In this document: positions 18,505 through 29,061 of the stretch, piece by piece | How the letters are laid out: every line of letters begins with the position of its first letter | Numbering within the stretch: position 1 is the first letter of the stretch | From: Phototrophicaceae bacterium | GTDB lineage: Bacteria; Chloroflexota; Anaerolineae; Aggregatilineales; Phototrophicaceae | Reading direction: 5' to 3' | NCBI GenBank assembly: GCA_965261805.1 | Contig: OZ253483.1 | Location: 328,187-392,186 of the forward strand | DNA length: 64,000 nucleotides | Position numbers and translations under genes: made by a program | The notes under the pieces: generated by a model | Told to the model about the DNA's origin: nothing | What the model saw: the letters and a program-made list of their open reading frames with translations, nothing else | Databases searched by the model: none

Positions 18505-18897
18505 CTAGCCGTCCATCGCTATGCCACGCAGGATCGCGCGCGCGTCTGCCAGGCTGGCGGCGAACAGCACTTCCCGCCCTTCCACCGCGCTGAGCAGGGT
18601 CTTCTGCAGCATCTGATACGCTGTTCGCATCGCGCCATTCGCGCCGACCACCACCCGAGCGCCTTCGTTGGGGCGCGCCTCGCCGGTAGACAGCAGGTCT
18701 TTCGCCAGGCTCAGGATGTCACTGGGGATGGAAGTGCCTTCCAGGTCGATGATGAGATGCACAACCCGGTCGACGCTGCCGATAAGCCGGTCGGTCGTTT
18801 GCACAGCCGCTTCCAGATCGGCGCGCGTCCATTCCGACTCGAATTCGAGGATGATCGCTGACTTCTGCTTGTTGTCCCAGCGGGTGACGATTGCCAT
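18505..18897 (-). CDS. Hypothetical protein (130 aa), possibly STAS/SpoIIAA-like fold
   Basis: ATG ORF with high GC3. The fold guess comes only from the alternating beta/alpha-like pattern; no motif recognised. Confidence 0.4.
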   Translation of the reverse strand: MAIVTRWDNKQKSAIILEFESEWTRADLEAAVQTTDRLIGSVDRVVHLIIDLEGTSIPSDILSLAKDLLSTGEARPNEGARVVVGANGAMRTAYQMLQKTLLSAVEGREVLFAASLADARAILRGIAMDG

Positions 18898-19020
18898 CTT
18901 GCCTGTCCCTCATCATGACGCAGGCAACGAGCATCTGGCGCAAAAAATAGCCAAGCGCCGTTGCCGATTCCTAGCCTACCATAGCACAAAATGCGCCGCG
19001 GATAAAGACGGCGGACGGAC

Positions 19021-19773
19021 TCACTCCGGCACAATCTGAAACGCCAGCGCGGGCGTAGCGCGGATGCCATCAATGGCGATTTCCACGCTCCATACGCCGA
19101 CAGTGAATTCCGCATCGCTCTGGTCGATGAAGAACCAGATGCAGCTGCCATTGAGATTGTTGCGCGGCTGAAAACTGAAATTGACGACTTCGCTGCCCTG
19201 TCTGCGCCAGACAGACGAGATGGTCGCGCCAGTCGAGACATCATATGCCTCCGCCACGACATAGATTTGGCTGCTGGCGGGGGTAAAGCGCGGGTTGTTG
19301 TCGATCGCGCAGTCACGGCTGTCCACGCCCGATGCCATCAGCACATTTTCCAGGCGCGGCTCTGGTCCTTCCGCAGTTGGCGGCGTTACGATGACGGCGG
19401 GTGGCGGAGGCGTCGCGGCGGGATCGCGATCTGCGCCGATGGCTGCTGGCCGGGCAGTGGCTGTGGCTTGTTCGCCGACTTCGCCCAGCCGCCCAATTTC
19501 GGTGGACAGCCAGGCGCTTTCTGTGCCCAGGCTGATCAAGCTAAAGCGCAGAAATTCTTGCGCCGCGGCTGCTTCGGTCACGCGAGAACTTGCATAATCC
19601 AGTGTAGTTTGCATGCGGGCGCGCGCGACAGTGCTGGTGGCGCGCAACTGTGCCATTGCTGTTTCAGCGATGCTCTGATCGGCGGTGGCGGTCTGTTGCA
19701 TGGGCGAGGCGGCGCAGCTCGTCAAGAGCAGCATCAACAGCAGCCAAATGCCGAGCCCGCGTGGCGACTTCAT
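19021..19773 (-). CDS. Putative lipoprotein (start moved to internal ATG)
   Basis: MKSPRGLGIWLLLMLLLTSCAASP gives a signal peptide with lipobox L-T-S-C. The longer ORF to 19884 has no signal-like N-terminus. Confidence 0.5.
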   Translation of the reverse strand: MKSPRGLGIWLLLMLLLTSCAASPMQQTATADQSIAETAMAQLRATSTVARARMQTTLDYASSRVTEAAAAQEFLRFSLISLGTESAWLSTEIGRLGEVGEQATATARPAAIGADRDPAATPPPPAVIVTPPTAEGPEPRLENVLMASGVDSRDCAIDNNPRFTPASSQIYVVAEAYDVSTGATISSVWRRQGSEVVNFSFQPRNNLNGSCIWFFIDQSDAEFTVGVWSVEIAIDGIRATPALAFQIVPE

Positions 19774-20421
19774 ACAGCGCAGTATAGCCCGGAAAACAAA
19801 GCCGCCCCACGACATTCGCGAGACGGCTCGGAGTGGAAGCGCCGGGGACCTGCCCCCCGGGTCCGCTGGTTTCGAAAGGCGCACATCTACAAGCTTAGCC
19901 CGCTGTTTGTCTTCGCGCGCGGCATCCCCAGTGGGCGCGGTTTGCTGCGCGCTAGCCGATTGGACTTGGCACCGCGCTATCGGCGTCGGCGGCGGGCACC
20001 CGGGCTTTTTATGACACTCATCGCAGATCGCGCCAGGAGGCGACCTTGCAAGAGCGGCAGGGAACTATATGGTCCCTGCACCCTTATCCCGGTTGCCTAA
20101 GCAACCATTGGGAGGGGTTGGAAGTTGGGTTTTGCACCTATGTGCGTTGCCAGTTTTGCGTGTTGTGGCACCACGGCTTGCAGTGCGCTTTCAGCCACCA
20201 ACGTCGAATCTGATTCGCTCCCTTGCTGGCTGATAGACTTCCGCCGTCCCAACCCGGCTTCTGTCAGCAGCATATCCATACTTTAACACAGATCTGTTGG
20301 CTTGCAATGCGCGCCGAGTCAAAAATAATGCGATTCCAACACAAGCCTTTCTGTACAAGCGAAACAATTGGGGCAAAACGCAGATATGATGAAGGTATCG
20401 CCAGTCGCAAGGAGCTGAAAA

Positions 20422-21177
20422 ATGAGACTTCTCCGCCGCCGCCCGATGCGAATTGCGCTTATTGTTGCGCTGCTGATTGTATGCGTTCTTTTTGGCGCGC
20501 TGGTTTACTATGGGACTCCATCGGGAGAAGTGATGTCCGAGGCGCTGGCAGCCCTGGAATCGGGCGATAATGTGCAGGTCAGCCGCGACGCCTGGATCAC
20601 ATTCATGCCTGTCGCCCAGCAGCCCAGCGTCGGCTTCATCATTTATCCCGGCGGAAGGGTCGCTGCCGAAGCCTACGCGCCATTGGGGCGAGATCTCGCA
20701 GAAGCGGGATATCTGACTGTGATCACGCCCATGCCACTGAATCTCGCCATATTGAATGTCGACGCGGCTCGCGCGGTCATCAATGCGCATCCACAGATCA
20801 AGCGCTGGGTCATCGGCGGCCACTCGCTGGGCGGCGCGATGGCGGCGCGCTATGCCCACGGCAACCCGGAGCAAATCGCCGGGCTGGCGATCATGGCAGC
20901 CTATCCGGAAGCGCAGTTCGACTTCAGCCAGCGCGATCTGGCAGTGGCGTCCATTTATGGCGAGCTGGATGGACTGGCGACAGTCGCGGAGGTCGAGGCA
21001 TCGTTTTCGCTGCTGCCAGAAGCTGCCATGACAGTGCGCATCGACGGCGGCAATCATGCGCAGTTCGGCTGGTATGGGGCGCAGTCGGGCGACAACCCGG
21101 CGCAGATCAGCCATCAGCAGCAGCACCGGCAAGTCGTACAGGCAGTCGCTCGCCTCCTGGACGCATCTGGCGGCTGA
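20422..21177 (+). CDS. Alpha/beta hydrolase with N-terminal membrane anchor
   Basis: AAGGAG SD 8 nt upstream; GGHSLGG nucleophile elbow; late GGNHAQF His region. Confidence 0.7.
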   Translation: MRLLRRRPMRIALIVALLIVCVLFGALVYYGTPSGEVMSEALAALESGDNVQVSRDAWITFMPVAQQPSVGFIIYPGGRVAAEAYAPLGRDLAEAGYLTVITPMPLNLAILNVDAARAVINAHPQIKRWVIGGHSLGGAMAARYAHGNPEQIAGLAIMAAYPEAQFDFSQRDLAVASIYGELDGLATVAEVEASFSLLPEAAMTVRIDGGNHAQFGWYGAQSGDNPAQISHQQQHRQVVQAVARLLDASGG

Positions 21178-21229
21178 CGAGAATCCGTGCTAGATTGACG
21201 GCTGGCAATTGGCGAGGGAGGCGGGATAG

Positions 21230-22393
21230 ATGGACGGCATGGCAGGACCGCAATTCAAACTGAACGAAGAGCAAGAAATGCTGGTGCGCATGGCGCGCGA
21301 GTTCGCCGCCGACAATATCATCCCGGTGGCGGCGGAATACGACGAAAATGCCACCTTCCCCGCCGATATATTTCACAAAGCGCGCGAGCTGGGCATCGTC
21401 AATATGCTCATCCCGGAAGAATACGGCGGGGTGGGCGCGAGCTCATTTGAAGAAGTCCTGGTCAGCGAAGAACTGGCGTATGGCTGCACCGGCATCAGCA
21501 CCAGCCTGGGCTTGAATTCGCTGGCGCTGCTGCCGATTCTGCTGGCGGGCAGCGATGCGCAAAAAGCCTATTGGATGGGCGAGCGCATCAACGATAATGG
21601 GGAGTTCGCGGCTTATGGCGTCACGGAAGCCAACGCAGGCTCCAATGTTGTCGGCATACAAACGCGCGCCGAGAAGCGTGGCGCAGCCTATATCATCAAC
21701 GGCAGCAAGACCTTCATCACCAATGCCAGCTACGCCAATTTCTACACCATATTCGCCAAGACCGATCCCGATGCGGGGCATCGTGGCATCACCTGCTTCG
21801 TCATCGACCGCGAAACGCCCGGTCTCAGCGTCGGCAAGAAGTTCGACAAGCTGGGTCAGCGGGCATCGGATACGGCAGAACTGGTCTTTGAGAATGTTGA
21901 AGTGCCCGAAGAGAATGTCGTCGGCCGGGTCGGGCAAGCCTTCTACATTGCCATGCAGGTATTTGACCATAGTCGCCCGGGCGTGGCGGCGGCCGCCACC
22001 GGTTTGCAGCGCCGCGCTCTGGAAGAGAGCGTCAAATATGCTGGCGAGCGCGAAGCCTTTGGCCAGCCCATTTATCAGCATCAGGCAGTCGGACACAAGA
22101 TCGCCGACATGGCTATCAATTATGAAGCCTCGCGTTTGTTGACCTGGCAATCGGCATGGCAAATAGACAACGGCATTCACAACCCGCGCATCCCCGCCTA
22201 TGCCAAAGCTTTCGCCGCGGACATGGCGACCCAGGCGGCGGTCGATGCTGTGCAGGTCTTCGGCGGATATGGCTATATGAAAGAATACCCGGTCGAGAAG
22301 CTGCTGCGCGATGTAAAGATCTTCCAGATATACGAAGGCACCAGCGAAATCCAGCGCAATATCATCGTGCGCGAGCTCTTCCGCGGCGCTTGA
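21230..22393 (+). CDS. Acyl-CoA dehydrogenase
   Basis: 387 aa; YGVTEANAGSNV, ITNASYA, C-terminal VQVFGGYGYMKEYPVEKLLRDVKIFQIYEGTSEIQR typical of ACAD family. Confidence 0.85.
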   Translation: MDGMAGPQFKLNEEQEMLVRMAREFAADNIIPVAAEYDENATFPADIFHKARELGIVNMLIPEEYGGVGASSFEEVLVSEELAYGCTGISTSLGLNSLALLPILLAGSDAQKAYWMGERINDNGEFAAYGVTEANAGSNVVGIQTRAEKRGAAYIINGSKTFITNASYANFYTIFAKTDPDAGHRGITCFVIDRETPGLSVGKKFDKLGQRASDTAELVFENVEVPEENVVGRVGQAFYIAMQVFDHSRPGVAAAATGLQRRALEESVKYAGEREAFGQPIYQHQAVGHKIADMAINYEASRLLTWQSAWQIDNGIHNPRIPAYAKAFAADMATQAAVDAVQVFGGYGYMKEYPVEKLLRDVKIFQIYEGTSEIQRNIIVRELFRGA

Positions 22394-22437
22394 TCGTCAT
22401 GGCGCGGGCAATCGCAAGAATGCGGCAAATTCGTGCC

Positions 22438-22466
22438 TTGACAGGCTGTGTCGCCCCTGCTAACAT
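22438..22466 (+). promoter_or_regulatory. Candidate sigma70 promoter of the str/ribosomal supercluster
   Basis: TTGACA (22438-22443), 17-nt spacer, TAACAT (22461-22466); followed by a ~185-nt leader before rpsL. Confidence 0.5.
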
Positions 22467-22655
22467 CCCTTCTCGCACTCGCAGCCAGCATCCTCCGCGC
22501 ATGAGGCAAGGCTGGTTGAACTGAGCAAATGTGGCGAAAGAGCCCGGCACAGGCGGGGCATCTCGTCAATCAAACAGAGAGATAGGCGTCCAGGTGCGCC
22601 TGTTTGCTTGTCTAAGCACAGAAAGTGCCAGTCGAAAGAAATTACGGAGCAGCGT

Positions 22656-23072
22656 ATGCCGACCATCAATCAGTTGGTGCGCAAGGGCCGCAAGTCCAAG
22701 AGCAAGAAGAACAAGGCGCCGGCCCTGCAATATACCTTCAACGCCTTGAAGAATCGCCGGGCGCGTCAGCAAAAAGGCGCTCCGCAAAAGCGCGGCGTCT
22801 GCACGCAGGTCAAGACGATGACGCCCAAGAAACCCAATTCGGCTCTGCGCAAGGTCGCTCGCGTGCGCCTGACCAACGGCATCGAAGTGTCCGCCTACAT
22901 CGGCGGCGAAGGCCACAACCTGCAAGAGCACAGCGTGGTGCTGGTGCGCGGCGGTCGCGTCAAAGATCTGCCCGGCGTTCGTTATCACATCGTGCGCGGC
23001 AGCCTCGATACCAACGGCGTCGAAGGGCGCGGTCAGCGGCGCAGCAAATATGGGACCAAGCGTCCCAGGTAA
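22656..23072 (+). CDS. rpsL: 30S ribosomal protein S12
   Basis: [12 protein letters not shown]...[19 protein letters not shown]...[17 protein letters not shown]; ACGGAG SD upstream. Confidence 0.95.
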   Translation: MPTINQLVRKGRKSKSKKNKAPALQYTFNALKNRRARQQKGAPQKRGVCTQVKTMTPKKPNSALRKVARVRLTNGIEVSAYIGGEGHNLQEHSVVLVRGGRVKDLPGVRYHIVRGSLDTNGVEGRGQRRSKYGTKRPR

Positions 23073-23089
23073 GCGGGAGAAAACCAGAA

Positions 23090-23557
23090 ATGCCCAGAAG
23101 AAACCGTCCGCCCAAACGCATTCCGCCGCCCGATGCCAAGTACGGCAACTTGCATGTGGCCATGTTCATCAACCGCATGATGCACGGCGGCAAAAAGAGC
23201 CTGGCAACCCGCATCATGTATGACGCATTCGACCGCATGGAAGAGCGCGCCAAAAAAGACCCGGTGGAAGTATTCGAGATCGCCATTCGCAATGTCGCGC
23301 CGGCGGTCGAAGTCAAGCCCAAGCGCGTCGGCGGCTCGACTTATCAGGTGCCTATTGATGTTTCGCACGAGCGCGGCATCACCCTGGCCATGCGCTGGCT
23401 GATCATGTTCGCCCGGCAGCGCAGCGGCAGAAGCATGGCCGAAAAACTCACCAACGAATTGCTGGATGCCTACAACGGGCAGGGCAATGCCGTCCGCCGC
23501 AAAGACGAAACCCACCGCATGGCCGAGGCGAATCGCGCCTTTGCCCATTTTCGCTAG
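23090..23557 (+). CDS. rpsG: 30S ribosomal protein S7
   Basis: [10 protein letters not shown]...[19 protein letters not shown]...[19 protein letters not shown]. Confidence 0.95.
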   Translation: MPRRNRPPKRIPPPDAKYGNLHVAMFINRMMHGGKKSLATRIMYDAFDRMEERAKKDPVEVFEIAIRNVAPAVEVKPKRVGGSTYQVPIDVSHERGITLAMRWLIMFARQRSGRSMAEKLTNELLDAYNGQGNAVRRKDETHRMAEANRAFAHFR

Positions 23558-23591
23558 ACCCTAAAGCGGAAGCGCGGGAACTGGACGAGAG

Positions 23592-25691
23592 ATGACAACG
23601 CTCAACCCAAATTTTGAACTGAATAAAGTGCGCAATATCGGCATCATCGCGCACATTGACGCCGGCAAGACGACTGTGACCGAGCGCGTGCTCTATTACA
23701 CGGGCATGGTGCACAAGATCGGCGAGACGCACGAAGGCTCTGCTACCACCGACTATATGGAGCAAGAGCGCGAACGCGGCATCACCATCACATCGGCGGC
23801 GGTGACGGCTGGCTGGAATGATCATCAGATCAATATCATCGATACGCCCGGTCATGTCGATTTCACAGCCGAGGTGCAGCGCAGCCTGCGCGTGCTGGAT
23901 GGCGGCATCACCGTCTTCGACAGCGTGGCTGGCGTCGAGCCCCAGTCGGAAACGGTCTGGCGGCAGGCATCGGATTACCAGGTGCCGCGCTTGTGCTTCG
24001 TCAACAAGATGGACCGCATTGGCGCGGACTTTGACCGCTGCGTCAATATGATGATCGACCGACTCAACGCCAACCCGGTCGTCATTCAGGCGCCTTATGG
24101 CAGCGGCGAGAATTTCGAAGGCATCATTGATCTGCTCAATATGGAGTTGATCACCTATGGCAACGACGAAGGCACCGATATTCGCTATCACACCATCCCC
24201 GAAAGCCACCGCGAAATGGCGGAGACGCGCCGCGAGGAGATGATCGAAAAAATCGTCGAAAACGACGAATACCTGACGATGAAGTTCCTCGAAGAAGAAG
24301 AGATCACCGATGAGGAAATCCTGGGCGCGCTGCGTGCTGGCACGATCTCGGGCGCGCTGCATCCCGTCATGTGTGGCGCTGCGCTGAAGAACAAAGGCGT
24401 GCAGGCGCTGCTGAATATGGTGGTGGCGCTGTTGCCCTCGCCGCTGGATATCCCGCCGATCACGGGCGAGCATCCCAAAGATGGCTCGGAGCTGCTGCGC
24501 CGCGCCGACGACAACGATCCACTGGCGGCGCTGGTCTTCAAAATCGTGTCCGACCAATACGGGCGGCTGGCTTTCACTCGCGTCTATTCGGGCGTTCTGA
24601 AAGCCGGAACGATGGTGATCAACCCCGCCAACGGCCGCCGCGAACGCATTGGGCGCATCGTGCGCATGTTTGCCGACCGCCGCGAAGATGTCAAACAAGT
24701 GCACGCGGGCGATATCGCTGCCGTCATCGGCATGAAAGAGACTTTTACCGGCGATACGCTCTGCGCGCCCACCAGCCCCATCCTGCTGGAGAATATCACT
24801 TTTCCCGCGCCCGTGGTCGAGGTGGCAATCGAGCCCAACACCAAAGCCGATCAAGACAAAATGGGCATCGGCTTGCGCAAACTGGCGGAAGAAGACCCCA
24901 CTTTCCAAATTGAGGTCGATGACCAGTTGGGGCAGACAAAAATCAAAGGCATGGGCGAGCTGCACCTGGAAGTGCTGGTCGACCGCCTGATGCGCGAATA
25001 TGGCGTAGAAGCGCGCGTGGGCAGACCGCGAGTCGCCTACCGCGAGACCATCACGCGTATGACAGAGATCGATACCACCTTCCGCCGTCAGACCGGTGGC
25101 GCCGGGCAATATGCCCGTTGTACGATTCGCTTCGAACCGCTGCCAGACGAAGAAAAAGACGAAGCAGTCGGCGAACTCTACTTCGTAGACGCCATCCGCG
25201 GCGGCAGTATCCCCAAAGAGTTCGTCCCGGCTGTCAAAAAAGGCGTCAGCCAGGCGATGCAGGGCGGCGTCATCGCTGGTTATCCGGTAGTCGACATCAA
25301 GGCTTCGCTGGTCGATGGCGCTTTTCACGAAGTCGATTCAAGTGAAATCGCCTTCACCATCGCTGGCTCGATGTGCCTGAAAGAAGGCATTCAGAAGGGC
25401 GCGCCAGTCATCCTGGAGCCGTCAATGCGCGTGGAAGTGGTCGTGCCCGACAGCTATACCGGCGCGGTGGTCGGCGATATCTCGGCGCGGCGCGGCGTTA
25501 TCACCGGCATGGAGCCGCACAGCGAAGGCATCTCGGTCATCAAGGCGCAAGTGCCGCTGGGCGAGATGTTCGGTTATGCCAACGACCTGCGCAATAACAC
25601 GCAGGGGCGCGGCAACTTTAGCATGGAGTTCGATACCTACACGATCGCGCCAGGCGATATCGCCGAATTGGTGAAGTCGGGGGCGCGCTAG
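23592..25691 (+). CDS. fusA: Elongation factor G
   Basis: 699 aa; [29 protein letters not shown] GTPase motifs and EF-G domains IV/V. Confidence 0.95.
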   Translation: MTTLNPNFELNKVRNIGIIAHIDAGKTTVTERVLYYTGMVHKIGETHEGSATTDYMEQERERGITITSAAVTAGWNDHQINIIDTPGHVDFTAEVQRSLRVLDGGITVFDSVAGVEPQSETVWRQASDYQVPRLCFVNKMDRIGADFDRCVNMMIDRLNANPVVIQAPYGSGENFEGIIDLLNMELITYGNDEGTDIRYHTIPESHREMAETRREEMIEKIVENDEYLTMKFLEEEEITDEEILGALRAGTISGALHPVMCGAALKNKGVQALLNMVVALLPSPLDIPPITGEHPKDGSELLRRADDNDPLAALVFKIVSDQYGRLAFTRVYSGVLKAGTMVINPANGRRERIGRIVRMFADRREDVKQVHAGDIAAVIGMKETFTGDTLCAPTSPILLENITFPAPVVEVAIEPNTKADQDKMGIGLRKLAEEDPTFQIEVDDQLGQTKIKGMGELHLEVLVDRLMREYGVEARVGRPRVAYRETITRMTEIDTTFRRQTGGAGQYARCTIRFEPLPDEEKDEAVGELYFVDAIRGGSIPKEFVPAVKKGVSQAMQGGVIAGYPVVDIKASLVDGAFHEVDSSEIAFTIAGSMCLKEGIQKGAPVILEPSMRVEVVVPDSYTGAVVGDISARRGVITGMEPHSEGISVIKAQVPLGEMFGYANDLRNNTQGRGNFSMEFDTYTIAPGDIAELVKSGAR

Positions 25692-25774
25692 GGTAGGGGC
25701 CGGGGGCATTCAGCCGCCAATTTCGTTCGTTATCTCACTATTCGAGTTCGAGGAGTGCACAGAGGAACAGACCG

Positions 25775-26975
25775 ATGGCAAAGGGAAAATTCGAGCGCAG
25801 CAAACCACATGTAAATATCGGCACGATCGGCCATGTCGATCATGGCAAGACGACCCTGACTGCCGCGATCACCAAGGTCCTGGCGTTGAAGGGGCAGGCG
25901 CAGATGCGTGAATACGGCGACATCGACAATGCGCCGGAAGAACGCGCCCGCGGCATCACCATCAATATCCGCCATGTCGAGTACGAAACCGACAATCGGC
26001 ACTACGCGCATGTAGACTGCCCGGGCCACCGCGATTACATCAAAAACATGATCACCGGCGCGGCGCAGATGGACGGTGCCATCCTCGTCGTCAGCGCGCC
26101 CGACGGCCCCATGCCGCAGACCCGCGAGCATGTCTTGCTGGCGAAGCAGGTCGAGGTGCCGGCTATGGTCGTCTACCTCAACAAGACCGACCAGATGGAC
26201 GACGAAGAGCTCATTGAGCTGGTCGAAATGGAATTGTCCGAGCTGCTGGAAGGCTACGACTTCGACCCCGATACGCCCATCATCAAAGGCTCGGCGCTGG
26301 CTGCGGAGGAATGCGCGAGCGACGACCCCGACTCTCCCGAATACGCTTCAATCGTCGAGCTCATGGGCGCGGTCGATGAGTGGATCCCCACCCCCGTGCG
26401 CGATGTCGACAAGCCTTTCATGATGGCGATCGAAGATGTCTTTTCCATCAAGGGGCGCGGCACGGTTGTAACAGGCAGCGTCGCCCGCGGCACCCTGTTG
26501 AAGGGCACCGAAGTGGACATCGTCGGTTTGCGCGACGATATTCATCAGACGGTCGTCACCGGCATCGAGATGTTCAACAAAGAGCTGGACCAGGCGCAGG
26601 CTGGCGACAACGCTGGCATCTTGCTGCGTGGCGTGGCGCGCACCGATGTCCAGCGTGGCATGGTTATCGCCAAGGTCGGCAGCATCACCCCGCACAAGAA
26701 GTTCAAGTGCGAGGTCTATGTTCTGCGCCGCGATGAAGGCGGGCGTCATAAAGCCTTCTTCACCGGCTATCGTCCGCAATTCTACATCCGCACCATGGAT
26801 GTCACTGGCACCATTACTTTGCCCGATGGCGTAGAGATGGTCATGCCCTGGCGACAATGTCAATCTGGATGTAGAGCTGATCACGCCGGTTGCGCTGGAG
26901 CGCGGTTCGTCTTTCGCCATCCGCGAAGGTGGCTTGACCGTCGGCGCCGGGCGCATCACCGAGATTCTTGAGTAG
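25775..26975 (+). CDS. tuf: Elongation factor Tu, with an apparent 1-nt frameshift 41 codons before the natural stop
   Basis: [22 protein letters not shown] motifs. After ...GVEMVMP (CCC 26846-26848) the 0 frame gives WRQCQSGC... The +1 frame from 26850 gives the conserved [41 protein letters not shown]-stop (26973-26975). Confidence 0.9.
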
Positions 26976-27050
26976 GTCTATCTGGGGCGTCGGGCGGTGC
27001 TTCATAGCGAGGCGGCCGCCCACGCTCCAGACACAGCTAAAGGTTGGGGC

Positions 27051-27359
27051 ATGGCAAAGAACAAAATCCGCATTCGATTGAAAGCCTATGACCATCGCGT
27101 GCTCGACCAGTCGGCGGTGCGCATCGTGGACACGGCAGAACGCACCGGCTCGCGAGTTGTGGGACCCGTGCCGCTGCCCACGCGCATAGAGCGATTCACC
27201 GTGCGGCGCTCGCCATTTATTGACAAAGATTCGCAAGAGCACTTTGAGGTGCGCACGCACAAGCGCCTGATCGATGTGCTCGACCCGGACAGCAAGACCA
27301 TCGACACGCTGATGCGGCTGAACCTGCCGGCGGGCGTCGATATCGAAATCAAGATTTAG
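27051..27359 (+). CDS. rpsJ: 30S ribosomal protein S10
   Basis: [21 protein letters not shown]...RLIDVLDP... Confidence 0.95.
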   Translation: MAKNKIRIRLKAYDHRVLDQSAVRIVDTAERTGSRVVGPVPLPTRIERFTVRRSPFIDKDSQEHFEVRTHKRLIDVLDPDSKTIDTLMRLNLPAGVDIEIKI

Positions 27360-27444
27360 GGGCGGCGCAACGTAGTCGCCAAGACAGGATTCGAGCAGCA
27401 TGGCGATCAATCCCAAGCGCCGGCGCCCGAGCGGAGGCTAAATC

Positions 27445-28083
27445 ATGAAAGGCATGATTGGCAAAAAAGTGGGCATGACCCAGGTCTTTGACGAGCAAGG
27501 CACCGTCATTCCTGTGACGGTCATCCAGGCTGGTCCCTGCTATGTCACCCAAGTGCGCAACCAGGCGCGCGATGGCTATGTTTCGGTGCAGCTTGGCTTT
27601 GGCGAAACCAAGCCCAAGAATTTGACCAAAGGCCAGCTGGGGCACCTGCAGAAGTCGGACTTGCCGGCGCTGCGCCACCTGCGCGAGTTTCGTCTGGCGG
27701 ATGGCGCGGCTGTTGAAGTCGAAGAAGGCCAAGAGATCACGGTTGCTGTCTTTGAACGCGGCGACCTGGTCGATGTTATCGGCACGAGCAAAGGTCGTGG
27801 ATTCGCCGGCACCATCAAGCGGCACGGCTTCGCGCGTGGCCCGAAGACGCACGGGCAATCTGACCGCATGCGCTCGCCCGGTTCGATCGGCATGTGCGCG
27901 ACGCCCGGTCGCACGCTCAAGGGCAAGAAGATGGCCGGACGCATGGGCAACGACCGCGTTACGGTGCAAAACCTGCCGCTGGTGGTCGTCGATGCCGAGA
28001 AAAACCTGTTGGCAGTCAAAGGCTCTGTGCCTGGCGCCAGGGGCAGCATCGTCATGATCAAGCCCGCCAATAAGCGCGCCTGA
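27445..28083 (+). CDS. rplC: 50S ribosomal protein L3
   Basis: [19 protein letters not shown]...[17 protein letters not shown]. Confidence 0.95.
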   Translation: MKGMIGKKVGMTQVFDEQGTVIPVTVIQAGPCYVTQVRNQARDGYVSVQLGFGETKPKNLTKGQLGHLQKSDLPALRHLREFRLADGAAVEVEEGQEITVAVFERGDLVDVIGTSKGRGFAGTIKRHGFARGPKTHGQSDRMRSPGSIGMCATPGRTLKGKKMAGRMGNDRVTVQNLPLVVVDAEKNLLAVKGSVPGARGSIVMIKPANKRA

Positions 28084-28114
28084 GCCAGCAGCGCAGCATA
28101 CAGGAGTTACGGCA

Positions 28115-28744
28115 ATGCAGTTTCCAGTCTTGAACAGCGCCGGGCAAGAAGTCTCGCAGGTCGAGCTGCCGCCCGATATCTTCGAAGCCAAGATCAATGT
28201 GGGCTTGATGCACCAGGCTTTTGTGCGTCAGATGGCCAATGCCCGCCAAGGCACGCACAATACGCGCTCCCGTGGGCAGATCCGCGCGACCGGCGGCAAG
28301 TGGTATCGGCAAAAGGGGACGGGCCGGGCGCGTCATGGCGCTCAAAGCGCGCCTATCTTTGTTGGCGGCGGCTTGGCGCATGGACCCAAACCGCGCGATT
28401 ATACGAAGAAGATGCCGCGCAAAATGCGCCAGGGCGCAATCCGCTCGACTCTGAGCGCCTTGGTCCGCGATGAGCAGTTGGTGCTGCTGGACGAGCTGGC
28501 GATGGACGCGCCGAAGACGAAAGCGATGCGCGCACTGATCGAATCGCTGGTCGGCGAGCAATCGGCGCTGATCGTCGTAACGGCAGAGCAGAAAGCCGTG
28601 CGCAAGAGCGTCAGCAACCTGGCGAACGCGCACAGCATCATCGCCAATTTCTTGAATGTCCGCGACTTGTTGAAGTACGACAAGGTCATCGTGCCGCTGG
28701 CATCTCTGGATGTCATCACCAGCCTGTGGGGCAAAGGGAAATAA
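28115..28744 (+). CDS. rplD: 50S ribosomal protein L4
   Basis: ...RQGTHNTRSRGQIRATGGKWYRQKGTGRARHG...; S10 operon order. Confidence 0.95.
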   Translation: MQFPVLNSAGQEVSQVELPPDIFEAKINVGLMHQAFVRQMANARQGTHNTRSRGQIRATGGKWYRQKGTGRARHGAQSAPIFVGGGLAHGPKPRDYTKKMPRKMRQGAIRSTLSALVRDEQLVLLDELAMDAPKTKAMRALIESLVGEQSALIVVTAEQKAVRKSVSNLANAHSIIANFLNVRDLLKYDKVIVPLASLDVITSLWGKGK

Positions 28745-28745
28745 C

Positions 28746-29048
28746 ATGGCCGAGCTGCATATTTACGATATTATCCGCCGCCCGGTCATCACGGAAAAGT
28801 CGACCCTGATTGCGGAATCGCAGAACAAGTATGTCTTTGAAGTGGCCGGCAAAGCCAACAAGATCCAGATCAAGGAAGCTGTGGAAGAAATCTTTGAGCT
28901 GGACGGGCAAGTCATCAAAGTGAATACCATGGTGATGCCAGCCAAGCGCGGACAGCGTGGGCGCAATTCCTACATCCGCTCGCGTCAATGGAAAAAAGCC
29001 GTCGTCACGCTCGAAGAAGGCGTGACGATTGAGCTGTTTAATGTCTAG
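28746..29048 (+). CDS. rplW: 50S ribosomal protein L23
   Basis: MAELHIYDIIRRPVITEKS...; ATG 2 nt after rplD stop. Confidence 0.93.
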   Translation: MAELHIYDIIRRPVITEKSTLIAESQNKYVFEVAGKANKIQIKEAVEEIFELDGQVIKVNTMVMPAKRGQRGRNSYIRSRQWKKAVVTLEEGVTIELFNV

Positions 29049-29061
29049 GGGAGCATGAGCG

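Noticed and set aside
20097-20279. 60-aa minus-strand ORF in the long intergenic region
   Set aside because: No SD, no recognisable motif, and lower GC3 than neighbouring genes. The region is reported as possibly non-coding RNA or decayed DNA instead.
22731-22772. 14-aa insertion ([14 protein letters not shown]) in ribosomal protein S12 relative to E. coli or Thermus S12
   Set aside because: B. subtilis-type S12 proteins carry an equivalent segment (NKGYNSFKKEHTNVSS) at the same place. It is a lineage signature, not a novelty.
22625-23557. Listed 310-aa ORF apparently fusing an N-terminal extension to S7. Also the long versions of 37365-38564, 62729-63787 and 57026-58567.
   Set aside because: The N-terminal parts are out-of-frame shadows of rpsL, secY, the glycosylase gene and the lysS-serS spacer. 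The conserved proteins start at internal codons with SD sequences: 23090, 37863, 63005 (TTG) and 58441.
26846-26849. Programmed +1 ribosomal frameshift at CCC-U in tuf as the primary explanation
   Set aside because: There is no stimulatory element: no rare or stop codon in the A site and no upstream SD-like stimulator at the right distance. An essential, highly expressed gene is an implausible target. A homopolymer error or pseudogenised paralog is more parsimonious. It is kept only as an alternative in the finding.
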